IMG/VR virus record: IMGVR_UViG_3300045738_002091
Span: 1-57,301 of that record
Direction: 5' to 3' (one strand)
From: a virus
Taxonomy: Duplodnaviria > Caudoviricetes
DNA: 57,301 nt
The notes below the pieces were generated by a model. The model ran no database searches, was not told where the DNA came from, and worked only from the letters and a program-made list of their open reading frames with translations. This document shows positions 54,328-57,301 of the stretch, piece by piece; the stretch's first letter is position 1; each line of letters begins with the position of its first letter. A program made the position numbers and the translations under genes.

Positions 54328-54747
54328 TTAGTATGTTTTAAAATTAAAGAATTTTGGTTTTTTATTTCTAGGTTCGACTTCCCTGTCTTCTCCTATTTTT
54401 TCTTCTTCAATTTCTTGCATATTTTTTTTGTTTATGTCTAGGGCAATGTATTTGAACCTCTTAAAGAGTATCCTCTTTCCTTCTTCAGTCAAGAAATAGG
54501 ACAAACAGTAGGGCTTATACCAAAGATTTACCATCACGAAAAAATAGAATCCGTGCTTATTAATAAGGGTTTTGGCCAGCTTGAACTGTTTTGGGTAATT
54601 TATTTCTGCATCTTTGCGTAGAAACTTATGGAGCATGAAGAGGTATTCATCTCTCTTGCTTAATGTCCCATCTGACCATCTTTTCAACAAGTTCTCCAAA
54701 TGATACCTTGGGTTTCCACCCCAATTCTTCTCTTGCTTTGGTTGCAT
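54328..54747 (-). CDS. Hypothetical basic protein (true start uncertain, probably near 54640-54690)
   Basis: The ORF fills the gap between gmd and recA. The computed start overlaps gmd by about 100 bp, so it is probably too long. Confidence 0.5.
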   Translation of the reverse strand: MQPKQEKNWGGNPRYHLENLLKRWSDGTLSKRDEYLFMLHKFLRKDAEINYPKQFKLAKTLINKHGFYFFVMVNLWYKPYCLSYFLTEEGKRILFKRFKYIALDINKKNMQEIEEEKIGEDREVEPRNKKPKFFNFKTY

Positions 54748-55717
54748 CTCCGATTAAAATGTCTATTTCTGCCGGACGATAAAAATCCGGATTGACCTTA
54801 ACGAAAGTATACTTATGGGGGCCTCCATTGTCGATATATTTTTCATCCACTCCTTCCCCCTCCCAATGTCCTTTAAAACCAGCGGTAGAAAAGGCTTTTT
54901 CCACAAATTCTCTGATAGAATGAGCTTCACCGCTTGCAAGAAGATAGTCTTTTGGGTTCTCCTGATTCAACATAAGCCAAACCCCCTCTATGAAATCTTC
55001 GCTATCGCTCCAGTCCCTTTTTGAATCAAGATTGCCAAGCTCAATTGAATCAAAAGTTGCAGCATCTCCATGACGACCCCTCCAGTTATCTACGCATTTA
55101 ATTTTATTGAAGATTCTGGCTACCCCTTTGGTAATTTTTCTTGTCACGAATTCTTCGCCACGCTTGGTCCCTTCGTGGTTGAAAAGAACTCCGTGAACCG
55201 CATAAAGATCATAAGAGTCTCTATATACTTTAACTAGATGGCCAGCCGCACATTTTGAAGCTCCATATGGACTGCGAGGCTTCAGGGGGTGAGAAAGATC
55301 TTGGGGGCAATAATCGACATCTCCAAATTCTTCACTACTTCCGGCACTATAGAATCTACAATTAGGCTGGAATCTTCTAATCGCTTCCAAGCACCTTATT
55401 ACTCCTGCGGCATTGGTATCAAAAACCTGCATTGGCATATCCCAGCTACATCCTACAAAAGAATTAGCCGCAAAGTTAATAAAATAATCAGGTTGTATTT
55501 CTTGCACTAATTTTGCGAGGCTAAACTCATCAGTAAGGTCTCCATAAACTAATTGAAAATTAGAATGATCCAAAAACTTTTTACAATTAACAAAATTAGG
55601 ATTAGAAAGTCTACGGACCATGCCGAATACCCTATTATCTTGATTTTTTAAAAGGTACTCACACATATTAGAACCGTCTTGGCCCAATACCCCTGTAACT
55701 AAAATCTTTTTGTTCAT
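54647..55717 (-). CDS. gmd: GDP-mannose 4,6-dehydratase
   Basis: Start ATG 55717 (ATGA overlap). LVTGVLGQDGS, GDLTD, NFAANSFV..SW, FYSAGSSEEFG, PRSPYGASK, LFNHEG..RGEEFVTRKIT, LGNLDSKRDW, FYRPAEID.LIGD. Confidence 0.96.
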   Translation of the reverse strand: MNKKILVTGVLGQDGSNMCEYLLKNQDNRVFGMVRRLSNPNFVNCKKFLDHSNFQLVYGDLTDEFSLAKLVQEIQPDYFINFAANSFVGCSWDMPMQVFDTNAAGVIRCLEAIRRFQPNCRFYSAGSSEEFGDVDYCPQDLSHPLKPRSPYGASKCAAGHLVKVYRDSYDLYAVHGVLFNHEGTKRGEEFVTRKITKGVARIFNKIKCVDNWRGRHGDAATFDSIELGNLDSKRDWSDSEDFIEGVWLMLNQENPKDYLLASGEAHSIREFVEKAFSTAGFKGHWEGEGVDEKYIDNGGPHKYTFVKVNPDFYRPAEIDILIGDATKAREELGWKPKVSFGELVEKMVRWDIKQER

Positions 55718-56688
55718 TTTTTCCTTAGAGAGTTTTCTTCTTTTGCTTTGACATACCATTCATAGGTAGATTCTAAGCCTTCTTCCAAATTAATTTTTGG
55801 TGACCAACCTAAATCTATAAGCCTTTTGGAAGACATTAGTTTTCTTAACGTTCCATCCGGTTTTGAAAGATCAAAGGCGATGCCTCCTTCGTATCCTATC
55901 ACCTTTTTCATTGTAAGAACAAGTTCTTCAATCGAGCAATCTGTACCAGAGCCTATATTAAGGTGAGAAATTTTTTGGTCATAAACATCTTTAACATTAA
56001 CCTTTTCAAGAATAAATATACAGGCGTCTGCAAGATCATCTACGTGCATGAATTCCCTTCTTGCTTTTCCTGTCCCCCATACCTTAACGATTGGAAGGTT
56101 CTCTGTCTTTGCTTCGTCGAATTTTCTTATCAAAGCGGGGAAAACATGAGAGTTTTCAGGATGAAAATTATCATATGGCCCATACTGATTACAGGGCATG
56201 ACAGAAAGATATTCCCTACCAAATTGCCTGTGATAACTTTCACACATTTTTATACCAGCAATTTTGGCAATTGAATAAGGCTCATTTGTGTACTCTAACG
56301 GAGAGGTTAAAAGATATTCCTCTTTGATAGGTTGCTCCGCAAATTTAGGATAAATACAAGAACTACCCAAAAACAAAAACTTATTCACATTCCACTTGTG
56401 GGCTGTATGAATTAAGTTGTTTTGAATTTGAAGATTACCGTAAATGAAATCTGCTCTGTATTCGTTATTCGCATGAATGCCTCCAACTTTTGCGGCACAA
56501 TCGATAACAGCTTCTATTCCTTCGTTATCCCAAAAAAAATCTTCTACTTCACCTTGTCTTGTCAGGTCGAGGTAACAAGAGTCGGCAGTTATGATATTTT
56601 GATAGCCACATTCTTTTAGTTTTTCGTGGATAGCCCTTCCAACCATTCCGTTATGTCCGGCAATATAAATTTTGGAATCTTTGTTCAT
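55714..56688 (-). CDS. fcl: GDP-L-fucose synthase (GDP-4-keto-6-deoxymannose epimerase/reductase)
   Basis: IYIAGHNGMVGRAI, AAKVGGIHAN, FLGSSCIYPK, LE.TNEPYSIAKIAG, MPCNQYGP.DNF...SHV.PAL, VWGTG..RREFMHVDD, KPDGT.RK. Confidence 0.96.
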   Translation of the reverse strand: MNKDSKIYIAGHNGMVGRAIHEKLKECGYQNIITADSCYLDLTRQGEVEDFFWDNEGIEAVIDCAAKVGGIHANNEYRADFIYGNLQIQNNLIHTAHKWNVNKFLFLGSSCIYPKFAEQPIKEEYLLTSPLEYTNEPYSIAKIAGIKMCESYHRQFGREYLSVMPCNQYGPYDNFHPENSHVFPALIRKFDEAKTENLPIVKVWGTGKARREFMHVDDLADACIFILEKVNVKDVYDQKISHLNIGSGTDCSIEELVLTMKKVIGYEGGIAFDLSKPDGTLRKLMSSKRLIDLGWSPKINLEEGLESTYEWYVKAKEENSLRKK

Positions 56689-57299
56689 TTTTTTTGAGTG
56701 TCAATCCAGTCTTCTAATTTCACGGTAGGTTCATATCCAAGATATTTTTGGATTTTGGATATATCTGCTAATGTTGTTGCAGCTTCTCCGGGCCTTTCTG
56801 GTACGTGAATTATTTCGTCTCCAATTAGTTTAGCAAGCTCAAGAACACTATGATTTTTCCCTGTCCCGACATTAAAAATTTCACCAAATATTTTTCTGTT
56901 ATCGCTTTCAGCAGCACGTATGTTTGCTTGAACTACGTCAGATACATGGGTGAAATCTCTACGCTGTAATCCACCACCCACAATTGTCATTAGTTCTCCA
57001 TCCGCAACTTGACGTTGGAAGATCCCTACTACGGGTGCGTATTGACCTCTTACTGGTTGCCTTTCTCCGTAGACATTAAAATATCTAAAGATTACGGTTC
57101 TAAGATCCCATAATATCTGATACATCTTACATAAGTCTTCCGCAGCTACCTTGGTAACAGAGTACGGGTTTAGGCAATCTCTCGGCATGTCTTCCTTTAA
57201 GGGTGGCTCATTCTTGAGTCCATATGCGGAAGACGTTGATGAGTACATGAACCTTTTTACCTTTGTTTTCCTAGACGCTTGAAGAACATTACAAGTACC
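56685..57299 (-). CDS. NAD-dependent nucleotide-sugar epimerase/dehydratase (5'-truncated)
   Basis: The frame is open to the window edge (GTCNVLQASRKTKVKRFMYSSTSSAYG). YSVTK (YxxxK), RYFNVYGERQ, G.Q.RDFTHVSDVV.AN, FNVGTG. Confidence 0.92.
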   Translation of the reverse strand, partial: GTCNVLQASRKTKVKRFMYSSTSSAYGLKNEPPLKEDMPRDCLNPYSVTKVAAEDLCKMYQILWDLRTVIFRYFNVYGERQPVRGQYAPVVGIFQRQVADGELMTIVGGGLQRRDFTHVSDVVQANIRAAESDNRKIFGEIFNVGTGKNHSVLELAKLIGDEIIHVPERPGEAATTLADISKIQKYLGYEPTVKLEDWIDTQKK

Positions 57300-57301
57300 C
57301 A

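Noticed and set aside
54647-57299. Bacterial O-antigen/capsule locus marking a prophage-host boundary
   Set aside because: The genes overlap in a chain on the same strand that runs into the phage recA/dnaB block. No integrase, att site, or wzx/wzy genes were seen, so they are best read as phage-borne.
1-57301. Alternative genetic code (stop-codon reassignment), as in some large phages
   Set aside because: Conserved genes are full length under the standard code, and TAA, TAG and TGA all end genes at expected positions.
1-57301. tRNA, rRNA or rho-independent terminators
   Set aside because: Intergenic gaps are nearly all under 80 bp, and I saw no cloverleaf or convincing GC stem plus U-tract. 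A covariance-model scan would be needed to exclude them.

Overview
This is a gene-dense, AT-rich fragment of a large tailed dsDNA phage genome (Caudoviricetes) using the standard genetic code; the host cannot be determined from the sequence. It has five parts. (i) A minus-strand lambda-like tail-tip operon M-L-K-I-K'-J, plus a tail-chaperone-like gene. (ii) A divergent plus-strand operon of three tail-tube-like paralogs, a 2186-aa IPT/TIG-LamG protein and a 3774-aa Thr/Gly/Asn-rich repeat protein. (iii) Minus-strand genes for a probable single-strand annealing protein, two glycosyltransferase-like proteins and a Whirly-like SSB. (iv) A replication/recombination block (DnaE core, separate PHP domain, DEDDh exonuclease, PD-(D/E)xK nuclease, primase, DnaB, RecA) interrupted by an opposite-strand LamG/beta-propeller and glycine-rich adhesin cassette. 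(v) GDP-fucose genes (gmd, fcl) and a truncated epimerase. Two promoter classes are visible: sigma70-like TTGAC-N17/18-TATnnT (two of three apparently leaderless) and a GTGTAA motif, mostly before structural genes. The leading hypothesis is a phage-encoded virion glycosylation system: sugar-nucleotide synthesis, a split GT9 and a GT4, acting on (S/T)G- and NxT-rich giant fibre proteins. All family assignments come from motif recognition by eye, not database searches.
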